Positions 16,744 to 28,615 of a stretch of 64,000 bases of DNA are shown piece by piece. Numbering within the stretch: position 1 is the first letter of the stretch; every line of letters begins with the position of its first letter. Source of the stretch: the human T2T-CHM13v2.0 reference genome, Homo sapiens; the NCBI RefSeq assembly GCF_009914755.1, contig NC_060930.1; one strand, written 5' to 3'. The translations under genes were made by a program, and so were the position numbers. The notes beneath the pieces were generated by a model, which ran no database searches, was not told the origin of the DNA, and saw only the letters and a list, made by a program, of their open reading frames with translations.

Positions 16744-17977
16744 GTAAGAAGTATGTGGCCAGACAATCACACCCTCGGACATTGGGATGAAAAAAGTTGC
16801 AAAATCTTAGTGATACAGAAGACTTCCAAGCGGCACGGGAAGTCGAATGTGTACTCAGGGTCAGCCAATGGGAAGGAAGCCTCAGCGCCTTCTCTGGGAG
16901 AACCAGAGCTGTGATGTTTGGCACCCCGTGAGAGGGTGGTGTCATTAGGAAGCATGCAGACCCTCCAGGGCGCTGGACTTACAACTCCCCTGGTTATTCA
17001 ACAGATCATTTCAGTGTCCTAGCCAAAATGGATATTCTAACCTCCTGCCAAAGTTGTGATGATTAACCAAGCCCATCATAAGCCGTTCCTGGCATTTCTT
17101 CAACTGGGCAGCATTCGTTGCAATCTTCAGCTTTGCCGATTCGGAGGAATGCAGTTTCTGAGCCTGTCATCCTTGAGAAACCTAACACTACCTCCTTTGT
17201 TCCTCATTGTCTTGGGTCTACATAGTAGTGCATACCCAGCAAATGTTCCATCTTCTTAGCCTGCCTCCATCTTAGGCAGGCCCTGCACACCTAGGCTTTC
17301 AGGGGAGGAATTTCTCGGTATTCTTGCCCCGCCTTTTCACAGAAGTTGTATCTGTGTTAGTCTTTGAGAAGAAAAGTAGTGGACATCTGCTTTGTTGCAA
17401 TGCAGGATCCTGGGCCCAAGATTCCCTGTCTCTCCTCCAAGGGAATAAAATTTGGGCCTGTACCTCTCACTGAGAGACAATGTGTGTTTGCCTGCAAGTC
17501 CTAGATGCAGGACCATTTCCTGCCCCATCCCCCAGAAGCTGAAGGCTTTGGCTTTGGAGGAGCAGTGGTCTAGGCAAGTAGGCCAGGGTTTCATGTCTGC
17601 CCCCCACTGACAGCCAGTCTCACCACCTACAGCCTGTACAGCCTGATGCATGCCACACTGGTCTCCTGCCTTTTTCTCATGAACACCCAGAGGAGGTCTA
17701 TGCAAAAGAGCATGCACATGAGTGCAATTTTGAATTATAGGTACTCTAATATGTTTTTCATTCCCTGATTTTAATTGAAATATTTATGACAACTTACTAA
17801 ATTTCTAGAATCCTTTGCATCTATTGGTTTTTTTATTTTACATTTTGATTTGTGTGCTAATATAGAAGCGTGAAAAGTGCTAATCCTCAGATTATTCTGC
17901 TTCATGTGTCATAAATTTTTTCACATTTCTTTTTTTGTAGACAATACTGAGCTTGATTTCTTCTTTTTAAATTTCAG

Positions 17978-18135
17978 CACCAGCTGAGCAAAGTCCTGCA
18001 GTCCAGGAGTGCTACCAAGGTGATGAACAGAGCTATTGAGGCAATTTTTCACCATATCACAGGAAGAACATGTCAGTCTTGGTCCTCTATGACCCCACAC
18101 TGGCACCGGTGGATTTTACTGCACTATCCAAAAGC
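17978..18135 (+). pseudogene. LPA-type kringle IV exon 1, copy B (KIV-8-like), nonsense codon + frameshift
   Basis: tttcag|CACCAGCTGAGC...TATCCAAAAGC|gtattt. Reads (A)PAEQSPAVQECYQGDEQSY* (TGA at 18037-18039), then ITGRTCQSWSSMTPHWHRWILLHYPKA. 158 nt. Compare KIV-8 TITGRTC...HWHRRIPLYYPNA. Confidence 0.95.
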
Positions 18136-19536
18136 GTATTTCTATCATGTTAGCCATAAGAGGGACAATAGTCAACTAAAATTTCTCTTAGCTGACCCAT
18201 TCTTCAAGCTAACTTTCCAAGTGATCTCACAATAAATTAGTTGCCCGCCAGAAGAAAACCTGTTTAGAGGTAAACAACAAAATCAAATTGCTCATTTATG
18301 TGGTATCCACAATGTGTGATATAAATTTAAAAATTTGCTAGACATACAAAAAGCATTAGTGTGATCCATAACCAGGAGAAAAACCAGTCAACACGAATAG
18401 ACCCAGAAATGATAAAAATAATGGAATTGGCAAGGAGACTTAAAATGTATGTATAATAATTGTGTTCAAAGATTTAAAGCAAACATGAACAAGAAATGAA
18501 TAAATGAACAATATCAAGAGAAAGAAAAATTATAAAAGGGCCAAATCAAAAGTAAAGAACTAAAAAAAAGGCATCTCTGTAATGAGAAAAATCACTAGAT
18601 GGCCTTAAAGATAAAGCTAGCTAGAAAACATTAGGTTAGTGCAAACCACAGCACACACACACAAAGCCTGAGAAGATAAATAAACAGAGCTTTAAGGACA
18701 TCTATGAAAATATCAAAACATTTAGTATATGTTTAAAGCAAGTCACAGAGGAGAGGAAAGAGATATTGGAACAGAAAAAGTACTTGAAGCAGTGATGGCT
18801 GAGGACTTTCTAACCATGGAGAGAATGACAAATTCACATAGTCAAGAAGCTCAGTGGATCAGATATAGAATTTTAAAAAGAAGAACTATGATTTATTTGA
18901 CACATTATAGTTAAATTGTCCATAATCAAAGATAAAAAGTAGAATCTTATTTGAAGCCTGAGGGAAAAAACATACCTTTATATAGAGTAACATGACACAA
19001 ATGAGTGATGCCACATTTGTTTGTTATTTCAAGCTTCCGAACAGGCAGTGCTGTTCTCATCCCTGGTGTACAAGGAGGGAGCTGAGGCCTTCCACAGGTT
19101 TTGTGCCTAACCAGGGGTGCAGCTGGTAGACACAACCCATTCAGGTCTTAGGTTGCAAACTTAAGCTATGTGTACACGTTAGCATATCCACCTCCAATAC
19201 CAAACTGTGTCGAAATTATAACATAAGTGAAAATATTTTATTATCTTCAAAATTTCTTTATTCCCAGAAAACTCATGTTTTCTGTAATTATACATTGTTA
19301 TAAAATATTAATCTTTCCCCCAAATGACTTTATGGTGCATTATTATATTCTCATTCTCACAAAATAAAGCAAGAGTGGTAGCATTAAGTGGGAAGTGTCC
19401 ATCTTAATTTTAATTGTTGAATCTTTACTTTTCCCTGGTGTAAGGCTAGAGCAACCAGGTAGTATATATGCTTTAAAACTTCTATTTTAGTGTTCAAAGA
19501 TATTTAGGAATAAATCAATTGACCTTTCTATTTTAG

Positions 19537-19731
19537 GTGTGAAATAAGGACCAGAAAGCATCATTCCTCTTTCCAGGCAGTGAAATTCCTTCCTATTCAT
19601 TAACTGGCAAAAGAGTAGAGGTGGGAGCCCAGTGGTCTTGGGTGGAACGTCCTGCGGAATTCCCTGGGATTGAGGAACCATGCAGAACCCTCAAGAAGAA
19701 ACCACGCTGGGCAACAAGAGAGCGGCCCCAG
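19537..19731 (+). other. Candidate exon (acceptors after 19536 or 19576; donor CAG|GTGAGG)
   Basis: Unique sequence; ctttctattttag| and ttcctctttccag| acceptors; consensus donor. Confidence 0.35.
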
Positions 19732-20724
19732 GTGAGGGATGGGGCGACCTAATCGCTTTTCCTGATTTCCTGTTTTAGCCTCACTCTCTTCTCTCCTCAA
19801 ATTCTTACCACTCCCTTTATCCTTTCTGACTCACCTCGTGGTCCAGTTCATTAAAGGGGACAGAAGGTGGATGCAAGTTGAGAAACCAGCAGTGGGCAGA
19901 CGTTTTATTTTTAATGTGATGTATTTCTTAGAGGGCTAAGGTTGGTGTGTTTGAGAAAGTACTTTGGGAAAAAAAAAAACAGACTCAACTAACATATAAT
20001 GTTTCTAGTATGTGTTCATTTCAACTTAAAATATTATTTTAGCAGTTCCCTGGATAAGGCACCTCAGGAATGATGTTATCAGAAATTCTATATCCACATT
20101 ATTTTCTTTTTCTTTTTTTTTTTTTTTTGTCATTTTGGTTTTGACTTGGGTGGTGTTGGTATAGCTTTTGCCCAACTTTCCCCTGGTAGTTGTTGGATGC
20201 ACTCAATTCTACAAATGTGATTTTATAAATTAGTTGCCCTCTCAATGGCCTCCTGGCTGTACATTCTTCCCTACCTTCATAATCCATCAGCATCGTGAAA
20301 GCACAGAGGGACGTTGAGCAGAGCTCTGTGCTGGCGCCACCGCACTCTGTAGCCTGTAAGAGAGCAGCAAAGAGGAATGTGTTGCTCAGGTATAGACAGG
20401 TGTGGGTGCATAGAAACTTCCGCTATGGCATGGCCCTTCATGTCCAGGGTAGGCATGAAACAATGGACTATTCCAGATTGTGCATAGGAAACCACACTGC
20501 ACTCTTAGAGGGATTTTTGCTCTAAAGACAACTAATTCAAAATAAGGCGCTTTCCTACCTGAAAGAACGGCATGAACTGAGAAAAGAGATACATATATAG
20601 AGATATCTCTGTGTACTACGATCAGGTTGCACATATTCTGAGATTTATGTATTCTTATTAGTTCAATTCCTTATTTATTGACCACTTACTGTGTACAATA
20701 TTGTATTAGATTCTTTTAGGATTA

Positions 20725-22023
20725 CAGTTGACCCTTGATCAATTTCGGGGGTTGGCACACTGACCATACACAGTAGAAAATCCAGGTATAACTCTGACTC
20801 TCAAAAACTTAACTACTAACAGCCTGCTGTTGACCAGCAACAGTTAATAACATGTATTTTGTATGTTATATGTATGATATACTGTATTCTTACAATAAAG
20901 TAAGCTAGAGAAAAGGAAACGTTTGTAAGAAAATCATAAGGAAGAGAAAATACATCTACAGTACTGTTCTGTATTTATCTGTACATTAAGTTTACACTGC
21001 CTGTTTACAAGATGAATTGTCTGTCTGAAATGGAAGCAACCCCAGCTGCAGACCTGCCTCCAGTACGTATCAAGCAATTCAACTTTCTCTTGTAATGTCA
21101 CGACTTTTCTCTGCTTCTTGGGAGCACTTCCAGCATCACTAGTGCCACTTCATATGGATCCCATGGTGTTATTCAAGGTTTACAGTACTGCACAAAACAG
21201 GAGGAAAAATACATGCCAACAGGGAGAGGGCACTTTTTACCGTGGTGCACAATTCACTTGAGACAAACTGCTCAAGTCGGGATGTTCAGCATCACAGAAC
21301 GTTTTAGGTGGATACTCGCAACACCTGAGCTCATTGCAACAGCAACAGGAGGAGGCTACGAAATTATTACAGAGGTGCAGTGTGCACTATGGTTAAGTTT
21401 ATGCAGTTACAATTTTTTTTTTTTTTTTTTTAGACAGAGTCCAGCTCTGTCGCCCAGGCTGGAGTATAGTGGCGCAATCTCAGCTCACTGCAACCTCTGC
21501 CTCCTGGGTTCAAGCAATTCTCCTGCCTCAACCTCTGGAGTAGCTGGGATTACAAGCACTTATCACCACGTCCAGCAAATGTTTGTATTTTTAGTAGAGA
21601 TGGGGTTTCACCATGTTGGCTATGCTGGTCTCAAGCACCTGACCTCAAGTGATCCACCTGCCTCAGCCCCTCAAAGTGCTGGGATTACAGGCGTAAGCCA
21701 CTGTACCCAGCCAATGCAGTTACAATTTAATCCTTCATCTTTATGTTTGTTTACACTTCTCTCGACTGAGAATAGCACAGCGTATGATCTGTGAGTGTGT
21801 GCATAAGTTTTGATTACTTTTAACTTTTTGTAATAGTTTTGTGTATATTTAATGGTAGTAAATGATAGACTAAGTATCTAAATACACTTTATGCATTCAT
21901 GACATACATAACTTTCTCTTTATTTTTTCAATATGTCTAGCTACATGGTTTGTCTTTGAGTATTTTTCAAATTGCAACAAAACTCCAAAACATTTCAGAT
22001 CTGTGTTGTTCAAGGATCAACTA
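20725..22023. mobile_element. Tigger3-like (TcMar) DNA transposon derivative
   Basis: TIRs CAGTTGACCCTTGA ... TCAAGGATCAACTA, each flanked by TA. Confidence 0.85.
21413..21712 (-). mobile_element. AluS inserted in the Tigger element
   Basis: Full dimer; TSD atgcagtt(t)acaattt on both sides. Confidence 0.92.
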
Positions 22024-22311
22024 TACATCTAAAAAGTACAAATCAGTCTCTACCCTTCCCCAGCCTCTCTACCCTAAAGAAACTACAGGAAACTTTCACG
22101 CACCAGATTTGTGGAGATTCTGCTGCTGCACTTGTAGGAGGCATAAGAATATTCAAATAAGATTGGAGACAAATTGAATTTCCTTAGCTCTGCCCAGCAT
22201 GAGGCCTGCAATCAAGATTCACTGAGGTCCTGTTATGAAAGAATGGATGTCTCTTACAACATTAAAATGGTACATTCCTTGCAAGTATTTACAAAGAAAG
22301 TCATAAACACT

Positions 22312-22590
22312 GCTGGGCGTGGAGGCTCATGCCTGTAATCCCAGCACTTTGGGAGGCGGAGACAGATAGATCACCTCAGGTCAGGAGTTTGAGACCAGCC
22401 TGGCCAACATGACAAAACCCCATCTCTATTAAAATACAAAAATTAGCCAGGTATGGTGGCACACACCTGTAATCCCAGCTACGCAGGAGGCTGAGGCAAG
22501 AGAATCACTTGAACCTAGGAGATGGAGGTTGCAGTGAGCCAAAATTGTGCCACTGCACTACAGCCTGAGTGACAGAGCAAGACCTGGAAA
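22312..22590 (+). mobile_element. AluS
   Basis: Full dimer; its tail is expanded into a GA-rich STR. Confidence 0.92.
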
Positions 22591-22780
22591 AAAAGAAAGA
22601 AGGAAGGAAGGAAGGAGAGAGAGAGAGAAAGAAAGAAAGAGAAGAAAAGAAAGATGAAGAAAGGAAGGAATGAAGGAAGGAAGGAGAGAGAAAGAAAGAA
22701 AGAAGAAAGAAAGAAAGAAGAGAAAGAAAGAAGAAAGGAAGGAAGAAAGAAGAGAAAGAAAGGAAGGAAGAAAGAAAGGA

Positions 22781-22827
<47 letters not shown>

Positions 22828-22852
22828 GAAGGAAGAAAGAAGAAAGAAAGAG
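22586..22852. repeat. GA-rich (GAAA/GGAA)n complex microsatellite
   Basis: ~265 nt almost purely purine on the + strand. Confidence 0.95.
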
Positions 22853-23535
22853 TCATAAATACAAGGAAAGGTCAACCTCACCAGGAGGTGAGGTGGAGTT
22901 CACCCTTCTGTCGCACCTGAAGTGGAAACTGCAGCCAGGTCACAACTTCCTAGGTGACGCACGTCCGTGCAGGCTGGACTGCATTGCTGGCCTGACATTT
23001 GCACCTGCCAGCTCCTTGCCACACCCACGTTCCACCTTCCTCAAGCCCAGGCTCTGCTACCTGGGAACTGCCATTCCAGGCCAGCTCGTTTCATCACCAT
23101 GAACATCTCTGAATAGCCCCAAGAGGACAGTATCATTTCCAAATGAAAACAGCAAGAACTTAATTAACCTATTAATTAATCTATTAAGGACTCATACAAA
23201 GCATCCCTCTGACACCATAAGGGATTTATGCAAGTTTATCTGTGTCCTCAATGCCAATGTGCAGATTGTTTTTATGGCTGTTTCAGTGTATTAGGGCATA
23301 TCAGCGAGGAGACTTGTACTAATTAACCTGGAGGTGGCCCTTCTTTCTTTAGTTGCCCTTTTCCACATATTAGCCTTTGTTCATCAGTCCCTGGGGCCAT
23401 GTGATGAGACGCTTATCAGCTCTCATGTCTGGTAAAGAGATAGCTGGCTCAGTTAGCACAGTGGTTAAAATGTAATCCACTAGGGGACACTTTCTTTTTC
23501 TTTCTCTTTTTTTTTTTTTTTGGAGATGGGCTGGC

Positions 23536-23652
23536 TTTGTCACCCAGGCTGTCTTTGTCACCCATGCTGGAGTGTTTGTCACCCAGGCTGTCTTTGTCAC
23601 CCATGCTGGAGTGTTTGTCACCCAGGCTGTCTTTGTCACCCATGCTGGAGTG
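23536..23652. repeat. 3 x 39-bp perfect tandem repeat
   Basis: TTTGTCACCCAGGCTGTCTTTGTCACCCATGCTGGAGTG starting at 23536, 23575 and 23614. Confidence 0.97.
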
Positions 23653-23761
23653 CAGTGGCACAAACACAGCTCACTGCAGCCTTAACCTCCTGGGCTCAAG
23701 TGATCCTCCCACTTCAGACTCCAGAATAGCTGGGACCACAGGCACATGCCACCATACCCAG

Positions 23762-23762
<1 letters not shown>

Positions 23763-23810
<48 letters not shown>
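23763..23810. repeat. (TG)n microsatellite
   Basis: Read directly from the sequence. Confidence 0.97.
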
Positions 23811-23813
<3 letters not shown>

Positions 23814-25394
23814 ATTTTCTGTAGAGACAGTGTTTTGCCATGTAATCCAGGCTGGTCTTGAACTCCCAGGCTTGAGGTATCCTCCCACCTCAGCCTTCCA
23901 AAGTGCTGGGATCCCAGGTGTGAGGCACTTTGCCTGGCACTAGAGGACACTTTTTAAGTGAGCCCTGACTAATTTGAGGCTCAGTGAAGTGATATATTTT
24001 TAATTGAGTTGTGCTTGAAAAAGTCTAGATACCTATTCATCTTTGAAAAAAATAATTTTCATTGGCCATCTCCTCATCAGACGTGTTACATGCTTAAGAC
24101 AAATATTAGCAGAGAAGAAGATACTCAGTCCCAGATAACTTAGTAGCCTGCACTGAGGCGGCACCAGGACTCACCAGAGGAGAAACCAGGGTCCTTCTGC
24201 CCTAAGTTCCAGACCCACCATGAATAAAACAGAGATGCACCCAATCATCCTTCCCATCTCTCACATTCACTGATCTCTCAGCTCATTCAGAAAAAAATCC
24301 CATCTCACACTATGTGGAGGAGACCAGTCATGCAGAAAACATTTAAATCTTTTCAGAAAAGCAAATGAGTGCACACACAAAAATGATGAAATCTGAGCAA
24401 GGTCTCAGGACTAGTTTCTGACATTGTGCCAATGGCAACTTCCTGGTTTTAATCATGAACTATAGTTACATAAGATATTGCCTGGGGAAGGTGGGGCAAC
24501 AGGTACAGGGACCTCTCAGTACTATATTTATAACTCCTTGTGTTTATAATTATTTCAAAACAAAAATTATGTATTTGGATGTATGTGTATATGTATGTAT
24601 TTGCATTTATATGTGCCTATATTTAGATACATGTGCCTATTTTTGGAGGACCTAGGATGATGTAACTGCTTCCATACTAGTTAAGAGAATTCCCAATGTC
24701 CAGGGAGAGTCCACAGTAAAAGAACTTCTAACTCAGGGTGTGGAACTCAGCCTTCGGCTGATTCTCGTGAGCTCAGAGGACACATGGGTGGGACAGAGAG
24801 GCCTCTCCACCACCACACTCCTTCCCTGGCTGGAGGCCAGATGGTTAAGGACTGATGGGTGCCAGAGAGCAGCAGCCCCCCAGAGTCCAGAACCCAGAGA
24901 CTGGAGGAGTCCATGCCTGCTCCTGCCTCCCAGGTATTCAAGGGAGACCCACCATCTCCACACATCAGCAAAACAGAGGCCCTGAGTAATGACTTCGCCT
25001 TCCTCCTCTCCTCCTGCAGCCTGACCAGCTCCTGGGTGCTGCAATCCATAGCTGGGGAGGAGAGAAGGGAATGTCAGTGGAAACCACTTTTGCTATAAAC
25101 GCTCATCCTTCAGATATTATTTCAGTGGGTACAGTGTTTAGTGCTGTGCTGGGTGCTGGGGAATCAAGAGTAAATAAGGGGCCCCCTCTGCCCTCAGGGA
25201 GTTTTTGGTCTCATGGGTTTGGGGCAATGCAGGTCTGTAAACTGGAATTGTAAAAGTGAAGTGGCCCAGGTCCCATTTGTTATAGTTGTGCACAGAGAGA
25301 CAGTCTTTAGAGGTGAGGAGACACTTCCCAGAGGAAGTGACACCCAAGTTGAAACTTAGAAGACAGCCAGAGGGATGAGAAAGGAGAAGAATTC

Positions 25395-25872
25395 CGAGGA
25401 GTCCTAATTAGGCAAAAGGAGTCAGGCTGGTGGGACTGAGGGAAAACAGAAAGAGTAAGCAGATGAGCTGTAAGTCTGCCTTCCTTCATGGTCCAGGACC
25501 ATAGCCCTCCTGCACAAATAACTCACAATCTTCCTGTGCCCAGCTATCACCAGGCCCTCAGCTGATAGAAAAATGCAGGTTATCCCACTGCAACCTTGGC
25601 GTTGTCAGTACCACACAAAGCCCTCTTCAGCACAGTACTGCACAAAGCCCTCTTCAGCACGCAATACAAGCAACATCCTATAAAACCCCCAGCAAGCCTT
25701 TGTCTCTTGGCAGTCAGCTCCTCTCTTGCTGGCCTGCCCGTTGCTCCCTTGCAACATATTTTTATACTTTCTTTAATAAATCTGCCTTTCTTTATCTACA
25801 ACTGTCTTGGTAAATTCTTCTTACTGCCCATGGGATACTGGCCTCAGATAGTTACTGATCAGCAGCTACACA
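25395..25872 (+). mobile_element. Solo ERV LTR (family not assigned) inserted in L2
   Basis: TATA-like cctataaaa, AATAAA, CA end, and a short attc duplication at both ends. Confidence 0.7.
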
Positions 25873-26414
25873 TTCCCTAAGCAGAAGAAATACATATGCA
25901 GGGTCCCAGAGGCAGGAGGTGCAGACAGATCAGAGGAATTTGGCTAATATGGGAAAATGGTCCAACTGTCCAGGCCTCTCACTCTGTTTCAAGAAGCTTA
26001 GACTTCAACCAAAAAAAGGCAGGGACTACTGTTACTGAAGACTTTTAAAATCCAAGGGTGGCCTGATCCCTCTGATTGTAGCATGATGAGGAGATTAGAA
26101 GAAGCACAGGGTAGGAGGTGAGAGATGAAAGGGGCTGAAGGAAGGCAGTGGAGAAAGAGAAAAGGGAATGGATTAGGGGGATGTTGAGAAAGTAGAATTG
26201 ACATGATTTTGTGACTGATTGAAGTGGGGAATGAAATCAAGGATGCTGCCTGAATTTCTGTCTTGAACATCTGGTGGATAGTGACATCATTCATTAAGAA
26301 GGAACACATAGGAGCAAATAAGATGAATTTCTCTGGGGACAATGTTATGTTTGGGAACTTGTGAAATCCCAAGTGGAAATTTCCATAAAGGTGTTGGATA
26401 TCCTGATGTAGAGG

Positions 26415-26617
26415 AGGGGGTTGGCAAACTACAGCCCATGGGGCAGCCCCTATTTTAAAAAATAAAGTTTTATTTACAGCCACACCCATTCTTTTACCAT
26501 TGTCTGTAGCTACATTTGCCCTACCTTAGCAGAGTTGAGCAGATGTGACAGAGATGGTACAATGACGATAAAATATTTGCTATCTTTCGCTTTACAGAAA
26601 AACTTTGCCAATTCCTG
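26415..26617. mobile_element. MER58A-like hAT MITE
   Basis: aggggttggcaaactacagcccatggg ... tttacagaaaaactttgccaattcctg termini. Confidence 0.75.
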
Positions 26618-27402
26618 GTCTAGAGCCTAGGAAAGAGGTCTGAGCTGGAGATGTGGAATCTGCAGTTTTCAGCAGGTAGGTGGGATTGAAGCAATGGGGG
26701 TGGATGAGCTTGCCCAGAGAGAGAAAAAGAAGCCCTGCGGTAAATCCCTCAACAACACAAGGACCCAGAAGAAGAGAATTCTGTAGAAATGACTGAGAAC
26801 AGTTAGCCAGAGGGGAAAGTTGACAGTGTAAGTCCAGAGAAGTCAGCGAAAGTGAAAATTGTAAAAAGGTGGGAGTGGTGGTGGGTACCAAAGACTTGTG
26901 AGAAATAAAGTGAGATATACCCCGTGTGTGCCAGCAGGTAAGGGCAAATGAGCCCAACATAACTGTAATAATAACAATCTAATGGCCCAAGCTCCTGGCA
27001 AAGCCTACTCTGGCTACTGCTACAACCAAATATATACAAAACTCAGTAAAATAGCATATTTTAATTAAACAAATTCCTGACCCATATCTGTAATACTCTT
27101 TTCCCAACATTTTTGGCCATGTATTCTTTGGTTGCTTTTTCAATAATGTTGTAATATCATATTCTATGAGAGAAGAATAATAATCCATTTTGCCTCTAGT
27201 ATTTTATTATTGATGGATTTAAATTTGTCTTTCAGCTGCATAACTCATGACTGATAATGAAAGATAAGTTTTCAGGATTCTTGGCAAATTTAGGAAAACC
27301 TCCACCAAACTATTTTTGTGTAGGAGCTGTAAGATTTGGAATAATTCCCAGAGGGGAGGAGCTAGAGCTAGACTTTTTTCTAGCTTTGTACATTTCTATT
27401 GT

Positions 27403-27723
27403 TCTTATTTAACTTTTATTTTAAGTTCAGCAGTAGAAGTCCAAGTTTGTTACATATGTAAACTTTTGACATGGGGGTTTGTTGTACAGATTTCATCACC
27501 CAAGTATTAAGCCTAGTACTCATTAATTATTTTTTCTGATGCTTTCCCTCCTGCCACACTCTGCCCGCCAATAGGCCCCAGTGTGTGTTGTTCCCTTCTA
27601 TGTGTCCATGTGTTCTCATCATTTTGCTCCCACTTATAAGTGAGAACATGTGATATTTGGTTTTCTGTTCCTGTGTTAGTTTGCTAAGGATAATGGCCTC
27701 CAGCTCCATCCATGTCCCTGCAA
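27403..27723 (-). mobile_element. L1PA 3' end fragment
   Basis: cccacttataagtgagaacatg..ttttctgttcctgtgttagtttgctaaggataatggcctccagctccatcc. Confidence 0.9.
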
Positions 27724-28114
27724 ATCCACATGTCATATGACACAATCATGCATATTTACATTACACCACCACGTAAGTCAGCACAAGGGAGGCTAAGACT
27801 ATTCTGAAAGCCATTTTACAAATGTACACAGAAGTGACTCCATACCACATAAATAAATCCCATGGAACCCAAACTCAATGACTCAACTCAATTCCTCTTT
27901 TCCTGGATCCCAAAAATGCCCACATCCACTCGACCACTCAACATGAAGAGGTGGAGAGCAAGTCAGGGCAGAAAGAGATCAGAATTTTAGCCAATTACAG
28001 TTAAAATGTCTGCTTTTGCAAACTTGACCAAAGTAAATGACCAAATGGACACATTGCCAGGGCCCTTCCAGAGCCTCAGAAGGGGCCTGTTGAAGTTGTC
28101 TATCGCTACCCTGT

Positions 28115-28615
28115 TGAAGTTGTATATTGCTATGGGATGAATCATCCCAAAATATAGTGGCTTAAAATAAGAATTGTTTTATTTATCTCACAGTTCTGGA
28201 GGTCCGCTGGGCTTGGCCAGGTGATTCTCTTCCTTGAAGTATCTCAAGAGGATACAGTCGGATGGTGGCTAGGGCTGAAACCATTTCAAAGCCTTCCTCA
28301 CTCACATCTCATGGGTGAACCCAGCTGTCGCTGGAGCCTCATCTGGGACTATTGGCCAAAACACTCAGAGCTTTTCCATGTGTCTGGGCTTCCTAGCAGA
28401 ATGGCAGTTGGTTTCCAAGAGAATTGGGCTGAAGCTAATTCTCCTTTATAGTCTAGCCTGGAAATCCTCAAGCATCATCCGCATCAGAGTCACAAGCCTG
28501 CCCAGATTCTAGGGAAGAACACATAGACCCCACCTTTCCATAAGAGGCATATGGACCTCACCCTGTAAGAAGGAGTACATGTGGCTGCCATCTTGAAAAA
28601 TACAATCTGCCATTG
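28115..28615 (-). mobile_element. MLT1-family LTR
   Basis: cccaaaatatagtggcttaaaataa..atctcacagttctgga; ggctgccatcttgaaaa. Confidence 0.65.

Larger units (their letters stand above)
23495..23937 (-). mobile_element. AluJ with internal minisatellite and (TG)n
   Basis: Alu body; TSD cactag(g/a)ggacacttt at ~23478 and ~23938. Confidence 0.9.
25100..26900. mobile_element. L2 fragments (interrupted)
   Basis: gaggtctgagctggagatgtggaatctgcagt; gtggatgagcttgcccagagag. Confidence 0.6.

Noticed and set aside
16500-16790. 96-aa ORF with kringle similarity as a functional gene
   Set aside because: It is intron read-through around a single half-kringle exon. The partner exons are frameshifted and a conserved Cys is lost.
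19014-19140. Continuation of the truncated MLT1C after the pseudogene segment
   Set aside because: Only a vague ttgttatttcaagc similarity; the following sequence looks like MIR.
22515-22920. K/E/R-rich and F/L/S-rich ORFs
   Set aside because: Translations of the GA microsatellite.
23536-23652. CRISPR-like array
   Set aside because: No unique spacers; Alu-derived tandem repeat in eukaryotic DNA.
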